From positions 48,856,001 through 48,920,000 of the forward strand of contig NC_079171.1 in assembly GCF_947568905.1 (NCBI RefSeq): 64,000 nt of DNA. The letters run 5' to 3'. Below, one piece after another: positions 11,401 through 22,900 of the stretch. Both the position numbers and the translations under genes were made by a program. Origin of the DNA: Ostrea edulis (lineage: Eukaryota). The first letter of the stretch is position 1. The number at the start of each line of letters is the position of its first letter. Below the pieces are notes generated by a model, which was given only the letters and a program-made list of their open reading frames with translations, had not been told where the DNA came from and ran no database searches.

Positions 11401-14283
11401 ATTTTCCAAACTAGGTTTTGTGTGTGAAATGACACCAGTGACCAAGCACAGGAAAGCATATGTGGTGCATATAATTACAATTCAAAAATATCTTTGACAA
11501 TTGAAACAACAATTAAACCAAAAGTTTTCACTAAAGTTTAACTAACTAGCTCTAATTAAAGTTTTAACAATTGAACTCCAAGGTAGCCATTCTCATTAAC
11601 TTTTAATGAAAGACATCACCGTACGATATCTTCACCTTTTCATGTATAGGCCTATGGCGTAACAGATATGGCATAAAACATACATATACGTGTCGAATCT
11701 GTTTAAAACATAACTGGCACTTTAAAGGTGCTACAACTAGTTTTACTTATATGTATGATAGAATGGGTTCATTCTTATATACTTTTCATGTTTTGCGATA
11801 CGTTTTGTAAGAGTCTTCTGGTTTTTCAATCACATCGTAGATGGTGTACAGAAGCAATTCATATAGGATTTTTTTAAATTATTTAATCTGTCAAATTCAT
11901 GATAATTAAACATGTTATTTCTAGTACAATTATAGTAATAGTCTATCCACAAATCAAAATACAATGTATATTGATCATTTCCAAATCCCCTCTCTTCCCC
12001 AATCTTTCCACTATATGTATATCATTTCAGCCATTGAGCATCGAGGGTTCTTTAGCTTGCCACAATTACTGCGACATCTCCGGTCATCTTCGAGGACCCG
12101 TGCCATTCATACATTATGCCGAGAGTTTGACGATGGAACTGCCACTACCTGTATTAATGATTTAGTTATGTCGCGGCCGGGATTCAAACCCCGGCCTTCT
12201 GCATGCGGGGCGAACGCTCTACCTCTAGATCCCCAAGGCGGTTCACTCTTTCGATTGTGAAATCATACTTCATATGAGGTGTTTAACAAGCTATTAAACA
12301 AACTTTTGGTGTAATGAGCTACCTTAAAAACAAGATCCAACATTTGTATTTTGAGATCAAGCATTAATTTTTCATTATCTTCATCTTTTTCAATTTCAAA
12401 AGGCATGAGAATATCATTTTTACCCGCCCTCTTTGAAAACCTCCAGCATTGGCGACGTTAACGACGAAGACAAAAGCAACAGCATGCGGAATGTAAGACA
12501 GTAATGGTTCATTTTGTTCTTTGGAAACTCCAACACCTGGCGTGTCAACCAGTACAACATTGTCCTGCAGCAAACATTATTATTCTGAATGTAAATTATG
12601 ATTAAAATCACCATAGTGGCATGGTAGTGCATATAAAGGAATTCATTCTGAAATGTTCTGTATCAACAGTGTCTTTATAAATATATTCTATACTATATAC
12701 ATTCTTCCTGCATATGTCAAAATGCATTGAGTTGTTCAAGTACACTAGGGCCATCCAAAATCATATTTCATAATTTTTAACATATTTAAAACAATTGAGC
12801 TGATAACGCCTAAACGATATATGTATTTCTGCTTCGCATTGTCAAGATGCATTAAATATTCTACTGGATAAGTGCCCCGGGTTCATCCCAACACCCGTCA
12901 TTTTTAATTGTTTGAGTTTCTTTAAAATGGTTGAGATCCCACCTTAAAGCAAATATATTCTTTTACACATCGCACAACTGAGCACCAGTTTTTTCACGTC
13001 ATTTTCCATCTCATTTGTCCTTCAAGGTGAAAAGGGAAATTTTGAAAACTTATACATGTAAAGGACACAATCGTCTCTGGCTGCAGAATAAAATAAAAAA
13101 GATGTTATGGGAACCAGGTTTTTCTATACAAAAACGTGATTTTCAACCCTCGATTGACCCGTAGGGTAAAAATGAAACACGTCATTTTCCTAAATATTAT
13201 TTGGCTATTACGTATAATGTAAGAAAAATTCTGGGAGCCAGGGTTGTTTTAGTTGAAAAACTTTTTATCTCCATTTGGCCTCCAGGATGAAAATAGAAAT
13301 TCCGAAAACTTATTGCACATCTACAGTGTACAAGATACAATCAATCACCTTCCAAAAGATGATATGGCTACAGTGTAAATTGTAAGAGTATAAGAACCAG
13401 GTTTTAAAATGAAAAATGTAGTTTTGACCCCATTTCGGCCCTAGGGTGAACGGAAAATTGCTACGCCTCATTGCACATCTACATGGCACCATATATCATA
13501 TTCCAAAAAGATTAATGGGTTAGTGCTCAAAATGAAAGAATAGTTTAAGAAATAAGGTAGTGTGACGAACGGACCAGGGTAACAACAATATACCCGATAT
13601 TTCTTTAGAAGTGCGGGATAAATATGATTATTTACAATTACCTTAAGTGTAGATTTTGGAAGAAATATATCAACATATAACATCTCTGGTAAGTCTACTT
13701 TCTTCAAGGCTGATTTCAAGGATTCCTCACTCCCAAACGTGGAGTTTTGGAGTTCTTTTCCCTCTTTACTTGTGCATATCAATCTCAATTCTTCACCTTT
13801 GTGCACCCTATATATTGTGTCAGACGTTGACTTTTTAGAAACTTTAACTAGTTTCAACCCCAACAGTTCATTGATCAATGATGATTTGCCAGCACTTGCC
13901 TCCCCTATAATACAATTTACAGAGGATGTTTTCATACCCATATGAACAAATTTCATGTAAGGATCTGCACTTCTGATGGGGTGACCAAAAACATTATGAA
14001 CTCTGTACCGAGAATATTGTCTCATAATGAAACATTTTGAAGACTGGTCATTTCATGTTTCAGAGTATGAGAGAAAAGAGGAAAAAAAAAAGAAATTGAC
14101 ACCTGCAATAACAACCGATTCGTATTTCCTTTCAAGATCCAGTGTGCGAAATTTAACCTGATCATCAAAGTGAGGGTGTAACATGTCGAGCTTTTTACAA
14201 TGTTCTGCATTAATGTCCCTCCTTATTCTACTGAATTTATCATATAACTCCCGGAGCTCCCGGCATCTCTCTGGAGTGTCCAT
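2302..14283 (-). CDS. Gene A: dynamin-like GTPase (Dynamin_N / bacterial-DLP-like), 7 coding exons, ~583 aa. complement(join(2302..3015,5941..6067,7533..7648,10309..10518,12424..12564,13642..13904,14103..14283))
   Basis: All introns are GT-AG with matching phases (1,0,0,0,2,0), giving 1752 nt with no internal stop. Motifs: G1 GEASAGKSS, G2 region KSTSDT, G3 LVDTPG, NAGG, G4 FLMNKWD, then a long helical C-terminal exon. The start Met (MDTPER) is inferred; an acceptor at 14294 suggests an upstream exon. Confidence 0.85.
3323..5195 (-). mobile_element. Penelope-like retroelement with C-terminal RT (Naiad-type), 5'-truncated, one frameshift near 4430
   Basis: RT motifs LYWIPKLHK, KTYDFSTLYTTIPH (after the frameshift), QQSVGIPMGTNCAP, FRYIDD. 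The ORF ends at SDVFHTDC* with no C-terminal endonuclease, followed by a ~220-bp 3' terminus repeated throughout the window. Confidence 0.85.
5941..6067 (-). CDS. Gene A exon 6 (YLEGLLFDAKCSIVAAMNYEQWKCEAKSLLDEVNTELELGNQ)
   Basis: Not in the ORF track. gtgtcag| acceptor, CAG|gtaata donor; 127 nt, same length and phases (2->0) as gene B exon 12. Confidence 0.8.
6941..7018. repeat. Compound microsatellite (AC)n(AT)n
   Basis: Read directly. Confidence 0.95.
7533..7648 (-). CDS. Gene A exon 5 (IKGEEDSTNSFRVELDRFKETLDKMIAKNSNKRLKAHS-R)
   Basis: ttttcag| acceptor, AG|gtatgt donor; phase 0->2. Confidence 0.85.
8088..8121. repeat. (TA)n microsatellite
   Basis: Read directly. Confidence 0.95.
8121..8427 (+). 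mobile_element. Penelope-like pseudo-LTR fragment inserted in a (TA)n tract
   Basis: Flanked by (TA)n on both sides, ends in a hammerhead; 8171-8388 is homologous to 18087-18300. Confidence 0.7.
8378..8420 (+). ncRNA. Minimal type-I hammerhead ribozyme (family 1, Penelope pseudo-LTR)
   Basis: TTTGTC-CTGAAGA-T-GGGAC(AGGAC)GTCCC-GAAA-AT-T-T-GACAAA: stem I TTTGTC/GACAAA, core CUGANGA/GAAA, 5-bp stem II, palindromic AAUU in place of stem III. Confidence 0.75.
8428..8480. repeat. (TA)n microsatellite
   Basis: Read directly. Confidence 0.95.
9013..9056 (+). ncRNA. Minimal type-I hammerhead ribozyme (family 2, copy 1); predicted cleavage after 9050
   Basis: GCATCA-CTGAAGA-GACA(TTATT)TGTC-GAAA-TGCGCA-TC-TGGTGC: stem I, conserved core, stem II, palindromic stem III, AUC cleavage triplet. 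Confidence 0.9.
9377..9420 (+). ncRNA. Minimal type-I hammerhead ribozyme (family 2, copy 2); predicted cleavage after 9414
   Basis: Same fold as copy 1; the only difference is in the stem II loop (TTGTT). Confidence 0.9.
10309..10518 (-). CDS. Gene A exon 4, G4 (LLDVFKY...FDPKDVLFLMNKWD...VSLKE)
   Basis: tttcag| acceptor, GAG|gtatgg donor, NKWD motif. Confidence 0.9.
10984..11204 (-). mobile_element. SINE-like repeat, alternative 5' body (CTTGTCGTAAGAGGCGAC), shared 3' half
   Basis: Second copy at 53315-53572; 3' half matches the tail of the 23998 and 32589 SINEs. Confidence 0.7.
12031..12242 (-). mobile_element. tRNA-head SINE, same family, reverse strand
   Basis: Reverse complement of the 23998 copy. 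Confidence 0.75.
12424..12564 (-). CDS. Gene A exon 3, G3 (DNVVLVDTPG...NAGGFQRGR)
   Basis: ctgcag| acceptor, CGG|gtaaaa donor; 141 nt, same length as gene B exon 9. Confidence 0.9.
12760..13620. repeat. Helitron/HINE-like element with ~150-170-bp diverged tandem units, ending ~20 bp from gene A exon 2
   Basis: Recurring ...CCAGGTTTT... units; terminal GTGACGAACGGA...CAATATACCCG...GCGGGATAA. A similar end is at 60340-60450. Confidence 0.5.
13642..13904 (-). CDS. Gene A exon 2, P-loop (GEASAGKSSLINELLG...FLPKSTLK)
   Basis: ttatag| acceptor, AAG|gtaatt donor, Walker A motif. Confidence 0.9.
14103..14283 (-). CDS. Gene A exon 1 (MDTPERCRE...YESVVIA-G)
   Basis: Ends GCA G|gtgtc (phase 1, inside the G1 glycine); homologous to gene B exon 7 (...WFIVVAG). 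Confidence 0.8.
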
Positions 14284-16239
14284 GGGAAATGACTCTATAA
14301 AATACATTCAAAATATCAAAATGTCAATTTCGTACCTTATTTCGTCTATAAAGTAAATTACCTTATACATTGTATATGTATTTGCATTAGTTATTACGTA
14401 AAGCATACAATCTATGATTTTTCTGCATGTCACAGTTGCTAAAGATGGCAACAGTTTCAAATGATCAGCTACCATGGGATTATTTAAATTCGCCAAACCC
14501 AATTTCACTTAAATTTTGATTGGAGGATTGCCTATCATATTGTAAATCGAGTACATGTAAACCCACAATGCTGATATGTGAATCGATTATCACAAAGAGT
14601 GTACAACAACTATTATTAAACCTTTCATTTTGCGTAATAATAGATACTGAAGTAAGAAAATCATATCATACGTTACACATGCACTGTCTTGAACGCTTGG
14701 AAAGTACTGTTGAAAATAGGGCGAGGGGGGGGGGGGGGGCACTCACATCACGCAATATGATTTGCATTACATAATAACAAATAGCGTCAATACTCTCGAT
14801 ATCCTCTTGGGTTTACATAGCCATAGCGTCTTTCGGAACTCGAGATTAATTCGGATATCCCTTATTCCGTTTCGAATTTTGAACTGTTTACGCACTTCCG
14901 TGATTAGAGATTTGAATGAAATGACTCTGGACAGAAAAAAAACTATTAAAAATATACAACGGATAGACAGTTGTTATTAGAGGATTTTAATTATTAAAGA
15001 AAAATTACCGGGAGTGAATGGGGCCCTGAAACTAGCTTGTAAGCAGTGTAAATAACTTTTAATCGACAAATATCTCTCATGGGATACGGAAAGGGGTAGA
15101 TTGAGTTGCAAGCCTTGTAATATATTATGAATCAGTGGGATGAGATATTTTTTTAAAACATGGATAAATCAGTGTTCTGTGATAATGACAAGTGTATTTA
15201 GGCTTCCTGGAACATGAAAAAAAAAATGTATAAAGAGACACCATAGATCACAGAGAAATATTTATTCGTGGTTCGAATTTTCTTCATTGTTTACATATAG
15301 GTTATAGTGCAATATCCGTGACCCAAGCGCCTATGGTCTTAAAGGATCAATTCAGGATACCCACAGAAAAACAACAACTGTTTTTCAAGTTTCCAGATAT
15401 TGTCACATAGTTTTATCACGTTTCTTTAATAATTTTGTGTCGTACATATTTATGATTTTTTTTTCATTTCGAACCTTTAATATATTACACGTATCTACAA
15501 TGTTGAAGTTAACCTTCAGTGTTGCCTAAACAGCATTTTCTCTATTTATGCACTCATTTTAACATGAAGTTTTGTTCTGAAGTCCTCCAAGGCAGGCCTG
15601 ATGCTAATTTTGTTTTATATCTTGACATGTTAAAATCCTATGAATAATTTACAATAGTACTTTTTATGGACACTCTTGCCTTGGGATAGACATTTTCGAA
15701 AACCCGACAAACATAGGGCTACTGTTTTCGAAAATCTGTTTCAGTCAGATGCACTGCTAGAAGTACATACTGTTATTATTTTGTCATCCAGCTCAGGCAC
15801 ATTTTTTTTTCATTTCGCACTTTCAACACATTTGTTATACCTTAAAGAAAAGAGATTAAATATAAACACAGTCAAATGGAACTATCTTTATCGTGTATGG
15901 AAAACCAACGGGGTTAAATTCTATCCCTGTAATTATGTACTTGCAACTTGGCAATGCATCATTTTCTAAAAGTAAATGTAGAAATGTTAAATGTAAATGT
16001 AGAAATGTTAAATGTAATTTGACCGTTGCAGTCCTTATATTTAGCACAATGTCAATTCGGTGAGTATTTTTTGTTGAATGTTTAAATACAAATGCGTATT
16101 CGAGTATTTACGGTGTCAGCGTGTAATGTGTTTTTTTAAAGTATAAATGCAAAACTTATTTTGAGTAATAGGTAATCCATCATTTGAATTTGAATCATCA
16201 TGGTTTATTATCAATGTTTACATAACTCGCAAAGTATCA

Positions 16240-16452
16240 CAAGAAAGGTGAAGATAACGAACAGTGATCAATCTCATATTTCCTATCAAGACGATTAGGG
16301 CAAGTACGAACCCCGAGACACATCTGAGGAGGGATCATGTTCTTAGCAGAAGTAAATACACGTACCTCCTGTTCACCGGTCACACCCGGCGTGAGCCACA
16401 TATCTTGATCAGCTAAATGGAAGAATCCGTTGTCAAAATACGTATGTAAAGA
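16240..16452 (-). mobile_element. Naiad-type 3' terminus (further copies at about 22548-22712, 28342-28410, 37288-37497, 38480-38668, 42575-42780, 46868-47100, 51880-52030, 59690-59970; internal piece 10618-10778)
   Basis: Shared motifs GGCACCTGATCCCACCTCTGGTG and GAGATTGATCACTGTTCGTTATCTTCACC; coordinates approximate. Confidence 0.7.
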
Positions 16453-16823
16453 ACGACATAACACATATGGCTGTTAAAATTGGCATATCACCCCCTTCCG
16501 TTTTAGCCCCGTCGTATAAATTTAAAGGTCCAAATTCTTTACCATACCTTGTGAACAGTACATGACTTGTATTTTACATGACAATTTCCAGGTCTGAACC
16601 TCGATTCTTAAAATTTTACATTCACGCATGTGTACGGGAAGTTTATGGAAATTTTGTATATGTCTGGAAAAAAAATGCTATGCACTATATTTGCGGTAAC
16701 TTACACAAGCATACATGTACATACATATAATTCAATGTAAAGTGTTCCTCTTTATTATTTCTTTCAATGGCTTTGGTAAAGTCTGGAAGCTTTTCTTAAT
16801 CAACTCGACAAAAGTGGCATAGC

Positions 16824-17265
16824 CTGTTGTTTACCTCACTTATACAATAGGACCCCTGGATTTTAAGAAGAAAACATTGACCCTGACCTATTTCTGTTGT
16901 GACGACTGCAACCGAATGTGCACACAGGTGTATGCAGTGTTTTGAAATAGCAGTGTTAATTTCAAATACAGTAAAGCAGGTATCATTCAGATAATTATCT
17001 TTTTATTTGTGAAATTTTGTCCCCTACGTGAGAAATAAAATGTTGCATACGTAAACAAGACATTTTAAACTGGAACTTTGATGTGCACAAAGGCGTGTGC
17101 AGTGTTAATTTAAACACACTAAATCAGGTATCATTCAGATGATAATCTTTTTAATTGTGAAATGTTGAATCCTGGGTGAGGATAAAAATGTTGTATGCGT
17201 AAACAAGATAATTTAAACTGGAACTTGTGTAAGATGTCTATATAAACTCAAGGAAGAACGTTATA
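16824..17265. repeat. Segment duplicated at 18637-18908, with an internal ~140-bp tandem duplication in this copy
   Basis: Shared GAAGAAAACATTGACCCTGACCTATTTCTGTTGTGACGA and downstream blocks. Confidence 0.7.
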
Positions 17266-17290
17266 TCATCATTATTTATATCACACATAC

Positions 17291-18300
17291 ACTACTGTAA
17301 TGTCCTCCCATCGGTGGTTATTGCCATTGAAATGTGTTGCTACTGGCAAATCTTTTTTGGCAGGTTGAAGTCATTTGAACAGTAGTGGTTATTGATCCTG
17401 ACCCTAGTTGGTGAGATACCGCAAGAAAGCAGAAGGAAAAATTCTGGATGCACAGGTTGAAGTCATTTGAACTGCATGGTATCAACAAACCTACTGACTT
17501 CACCAGGATGAATACGGGCTAAACCCTTACTAGATTTTAAGCTTCATCTAGACCTACTCGTCTGATCATGTCCCTAACAGTGGTACTATGACCATTTTTG
17601 AACACATTTTTTTTCCTTTCAATTCTGTTTACAATCAGCCCATCCCTTTTAATTACCTTGAACTTTATAACCGATTGCTTACATGTAAAACCCATTTATC
17701 AGTTTTCGTGATTCTATGTTTTTTGCACATCTACCCTAGACATGATCAGCACGGGAATGTCTGATGTTGATTCAATATCCTGGGCTGCTTATTCTTTGTT
17801 TTTGTTTGGAGTTGGTCCATTTTGTTAACTTATTCAAACTTGTTGTTTACATTATCTTTCTCTCAAACTTTGTTCATTTCTTACTTCGTTTACATAGCTT
17901 ATTTTCATTTATTTATTTATTTTTTATTTTTGTTTTTGTATTTGTTACTTATTATAACTTTTATAAATTATGCATGGTTAAAATAGAATCTCTCTGGGTA
18001 CGAGTTAGCTTTACTATTTGTCAACGTAATTGGGTTAACTCGTTCCACTTGAGATTAATGAAGTTTATTGTTTTTCTTTTCGGACATTTTGGATCAGCTC
18101 TTTGGACGAATAAGGCATGTCCTAATTCGCTCCACTTTTAACATTGATTGGCAAGCCTAAAGACCAAAAACATGTAGTTTGCGTTGTAAATACGTTAGTA
18201 GATTAGTGTAGTTCTAGTGCCAGATGTATTTATATGTAGTTTTTGTTATTATGCTCTGTTGATATTGACCACATTGTATAATTATTTTCGTTTGTCCTGA
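17291..18300 (+). mobile_element. 5'-truncated Penelope-like element with C-terminal GIY-YIG remnant, 3' UTR and pseudo-LTR
   Basis: Plus frame VVVIDPDPSW*DTARKQKEKFWMHRLKSFELHGIN (17382-17522); inverted piece KKDLPVATHFNGNNHRWEDITV (17291-17358); 3' part matches the hammerhead pLTR at 8171-8388. Confidence 0.7.
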
Positions 18301-18319
18301 ATCTCGTTGTTCGTGTCGT

Positions 18320-18452
18320 NNNNNNNNNNNNNNNNNNNNNNNNNNNNNNNNNNNNNNNNNNNNNNNNNNNNNNNNNNNNNNNNNNNNNNNNNNNNNNNNN
18401 NNNNNNNNNNNNNNNNNNNNNNNNNNNNNNNNNNNNNNNNNNNNNNNNNNNN
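18320..18452. other. Assembly gap (133 N)
   Basis: Run of n. Confidence 1.
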
Positions 18453-19916
18453 NCAAGAAATACCTTTTAGAAATGCATTCTATAAATAGAACACATGGAA
18501 TCGATTAGACTGACAAGAGATGCATCTGATACAATCCGAAAAAAAGTTATTCTGGTACCCACGGCATGTTATAATTATGTTTTCGCTGGGCAACGCTGTA
18601 AACCTACAGTATAAATACAAGCTAAAATTGTATAGACTGTTGTTTACCGCACTTGTTTTTTTTAATTTTGAGAAGAAAACATTGACCCTGACCTATTTCT
18701 GTTGTGACGAGTGCACCCGAATGTGCACAATTTGACGTGTGTAGTGTTGATTTAAATGCAGTAAAGCAGATATCATTCCGATGATTATCTTTTTAATTAT
18801 GAAATCCTGTCCGCAAGGTGAGAAATAAAATGCTGCATACATAAACAAGATATTTTAAACTGGGACTTATTTAAGATGTCTATATTAACAAATCGAAGAA
18901 CGTTTTATCGAGAAGCTGTTTCAAGAGATCAAATATTTGTTTGACCCCAGGTCACTTGAGACTGCTGGGTGTCAACAACAAGCTTTAACAATATCCCACC
19001 CTTCTTCAAATGAAATATCAGAGTGATTTTAAATGCAGATATTTTGATGAAATATGAAACACTTTACACATATCATTCTAAAAGGAAATAGGACCTTTTA
19101 AAAGAACAAACTCTAGCCGTGTGTTGTTTCGATCATTCCAGATGAATAGATGAAAAAAAATAGTATGTTTTAAAAGGATATCACATAACGTCTTTAAGGT
19201 CCCGGGATAAAATTAGAAGAAAAAAACCCTGACATAACCCTATTTAATTTAATTTTCAGAGACTGTTAGAGAACGCTATATTGTTATCTAATCTAAATCA
19301 AATTTTATTTAATTGTAAAAATTTCTCATTTGTTTGTTTAACGCTTAACCTCTGCACAGAGCAATATCAAAAAGTTGTCACGATCATGAAAGATGTTGAG
19401 AAATTTTGAGATTTTTTGAAGATATATCCAAAGTATTTTGATAGTTTTATCTGATTATATCAAGTTATACGATATTTCTGCACAATCATATTCGAAACGT
19501 GTTACTAAGGCAAGATTCTAGTTAAATTATATGAGAAGAAATATATTAAATTATCTACCTTATGTAGAATCACATTCGATTAAGTCGTTACCCCGAACGG
19601 CTAGGATTGGATTAAACGTTTGTCGCTGGAATAAAGCCGATTAAAAAAAATGTTTTTCTAATCAACAACATGACCAGAGTGACTCGGACGAATGTCGTGG
19701 GCTTTGAGCATTTTGGTTTATATATTCAACTGATAATAGACGAAAACACTCTGTAATTGTAAACTTTAAGGCAATTTTCTGAATGCTACATGGTTTGCTG
19801 TAATTTAAACCCGTTCTGCTATTTCAATTACGCACTCTTGTGCACAGTCGTGTTGACTGTATTCAATATTTGTTACTACTTGGATAGATCCATCATTTGT
19901 TCAGAGAGATTTGGAA

Positions 19917-19945
19917 ATGGATTCCAGTGTCTACCAATCGTCAAG
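19917..19945 (+). CDS. Gene B exon 1, coding part (MDSSVYQSS-S)
   Basis: tgttcag| acceptor at 19904, ATG at 19917, AG|gtattg donor; phase 2 fits exon 2. Confidence 0.55.
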
Positions 19946-22900
19946 GTATTGTAAACATTGCTATGATATAACATAATATTCAGTAGGCACTTATACTTTG
20001 TCTGTACAACGTTTCGTATCATCATTGATGATAGGTTTCGAAATATTGTTGTTTGTTCCTTTTTTTCTTTTTAAAAAGATCTTTATCGTTTGAAAAGACG
20101 GTAACCATGGCCCATAGACATACACTACTTATAGAAACCTGATAATGCACTTTGAAATATGGATTTGTTTAAAATAGCTTTTGTCTGAACATGAAACATT
20201 TTTGAAACTTGAAAATAATTCATTAAAATGAAATTGCAGGAGTAGTAGTTATATGAAATGTATACTGGAGAATCTAGTATTCATTTAATTTATGGGTTAT
20301 TCTTGGATTTTATTTGGACTTCGAAGTTCAGATTTATCAGGAATCTCAATTTGATCTAGTCATGAACGTTTGAGGTGCATACCTTAATGCAATGATATTA
20401 CTATGGAAACAAAAGACCATAATTCAATGACACTAAATTGATGCTACAAGGCTGAATACCTTTTTCATTCAGCTAGTCCAGTTTTCCCAGCAATATCCAT
20501 TTAAAGATACTGTTGTCGTGTAATTTGTGTGTAACCAATATGAATATAAACTGATGACGTCATAAGTATACATCGAGCGACACATATAAAAAAGAAATTA
20601 ACAGTGCCATGTAAATATCGACAAAATGTGGATGTTTGAAATATATTTCATGATGAAACACCGAGAATGTATTGATATTATGAAGGTATGTTGCTTTTAT
20701 TCATTGACAATTTTGTTTACGAAAAAACATTTGATTTACCATGTCCATCCGATTTTCCTCTGTCAAACACTGAATTAAAAAAATCTTTAAAAGTAAGAAC
20801 CTACATTGGGTGTTTAACCTAATCATATATATCTATATATATCCTATGTCAATATCTATTTGTTTCTTTTTTCAACAGCGTACCTGAATTGGAACCTACA
20901 GAATATGACTTTATGGTTGGCGAAGAGTTCAAAATTGTAATCATAGGTGAAAATCTCTTTGATTCAAAACTTATTTCTTATCATAAATTAAAACTTTCAA
21001 ACAAAACATTTTTCTATATTAAATGTAATAATTGGAGTGTAAATCACTTTTAAAATTTGAAGTTTTGTATCGATCGATTTCTTTATTTATTTAAAGTGCC
21101 AATACAGTACACATGTCTATAATCAATAAATCTGTAAAATTGTCCAGTTTAAGGACGGCTAATTTGAATCGTGACTTTGAGACTATAATGTAGTTTCATT
21201 TAAGATTGAGTAGAAGTACTAGCACTAGAAATTACACCAAATATACCCTCATTGTTAATAGTAGTGTTATCAAATACCATTTCCACTTCTAATTTATCAT
21301 TTTAATTAGGTCCAACAAAATCTGGGAAGACATCATTCATTAACAAATTAGTACAGTTTCCATTGTACAAACCTGGTCTGTTGTGTGCAACGACTTCAGT
21401 CATTAAAACCCATTGCTGGAAGGAGGACGGTATTGAGATTGTAAACAATAACAAAAGAACAAGTCACAAAAAATTATTTACCTCTAGAAAAGCGTTACAG
21501 GATTTCATGGATTCACACAGCGATGAAATCCATTTATCATTCTCTGTAGATGTTTATATCAAAACTGAAAGGAGACAGGTTTGTATAATATATTTCTCCA
21601 TAATTTGATTGTAGGGATTGATTGTTGAAATTCAATATCCAAAACTATATGATTTTTATTTCATATAAGTTTTTGGAATTCAAAGTGGAGTCGGTACCGT
21701 AAAGGTGTTTCAATCCGGAAGCATGTTCTGTGAAAGGTGCATTATCATTTTTAAATCGAGGTACGATACTGATAAATAAATTTGTTGTTACAGAACTTCA
21801 TGTGTTTTCGGAATAAATTATTGTAAACAAAATATTACATTATCTCCATGTACTCTCAGATTGATTAATTGATTGTTTTACGTCCCATCAAGAAATGTTC
21901 ACTCATATTGACACGTCACCAGCTGTATGTACATGTACACACAATTAGACTCATGCTTAGCGCTCAGGGTCGCAATCGTGAGTGTTCTTTATCGTGCCAA
22001 CGCCTACCTCGACACGAGAACTTCGCTTTAAGGTCATATCCGAAAGACCCATTATTCTCACATCTAAATGCCAAACGTTAAGCGAAGGGATATTCGTTCT
22101 TATTTTGACGTTCTAGGTATGTTGCAGCCATGGCACAAGCGGGGCGAAAACTCACGACCTTCTGCTTACGAAGTAAACGCTCTACCACTGAGCTACCGCG
22201 ACAAGTTTGTACTCTTAGATTACCACGTGTTATAAAGTGGTGTGATCTTACATATCAAAAGAAATATAAGGCCCATAACTCTGTACAAACCCAGATGTAT
22301 ACTAAGAGAAAACATAACGGTATGAAATGATTCTTGCACTGAATGGTTTGCACGATACATTGAACGATTAGCATGGAACGCTTCGCACGGAATGCCAACC
22401 ACTTTTATGTGTAACTTGCACGCTTTGTGATCGATCTGTACAAATGACACTCTTCGAGATGTTCGGCATTATTCGGTTCTAGGGTAGTTCAAACACAAAC
22501 TAATTTCAATGCAATGAAAATATTTTTGATATTAGAAAAGATTAAGAAAGAATGGTGACGATAACGAACAATGATCAATCTCATAACTCCTACAATGTAT
22601 AAGCAATATAAAATAGCTAATTGGACAGAGACGGACTCCTGGGTACACCAGAGGTGGGATCAGGTGCCTAGAAGGAGTAAGCATTCCCTGTCAACAGGTC
22701 AAACCGATCATGCCTGACGTGGTAAAATCAACCCCTTTTATTCATCAATAACTATACGAAAACAAATCATTGAATAAATCTAAATTTTCATTTTTACTTC
22801 TTAGCTCAATGATATGAACACGTTGTGATAATAAAAACAAGATTTTTTTAAACATCACAAATAAAAGAAAAAAAGATGTGATTTTCTATTGTGGAATATT

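Noticed and set aside
15204-15212. Perfect STAT/GAS site TTCCTGGAA between genes A and B
   Set aside because: Roughly one such 9-mer is expected by chance in 64 kb, and no clear tandem ISRE accompanies it.
18214-18489. ORFs containing X runs
   Set aside because: Artefacts of the N gap.
20626-20685. Candidate exon MWMFEIYFMMKHRECIDIMK|gtatgt upstream of gene B exon 2
   Set aside because: It ends in phase 0, which gives an immediate stop in exon 2; the phase-2 exon at 19917-19945 fits. It could still be an alternative 5' UTR exon.
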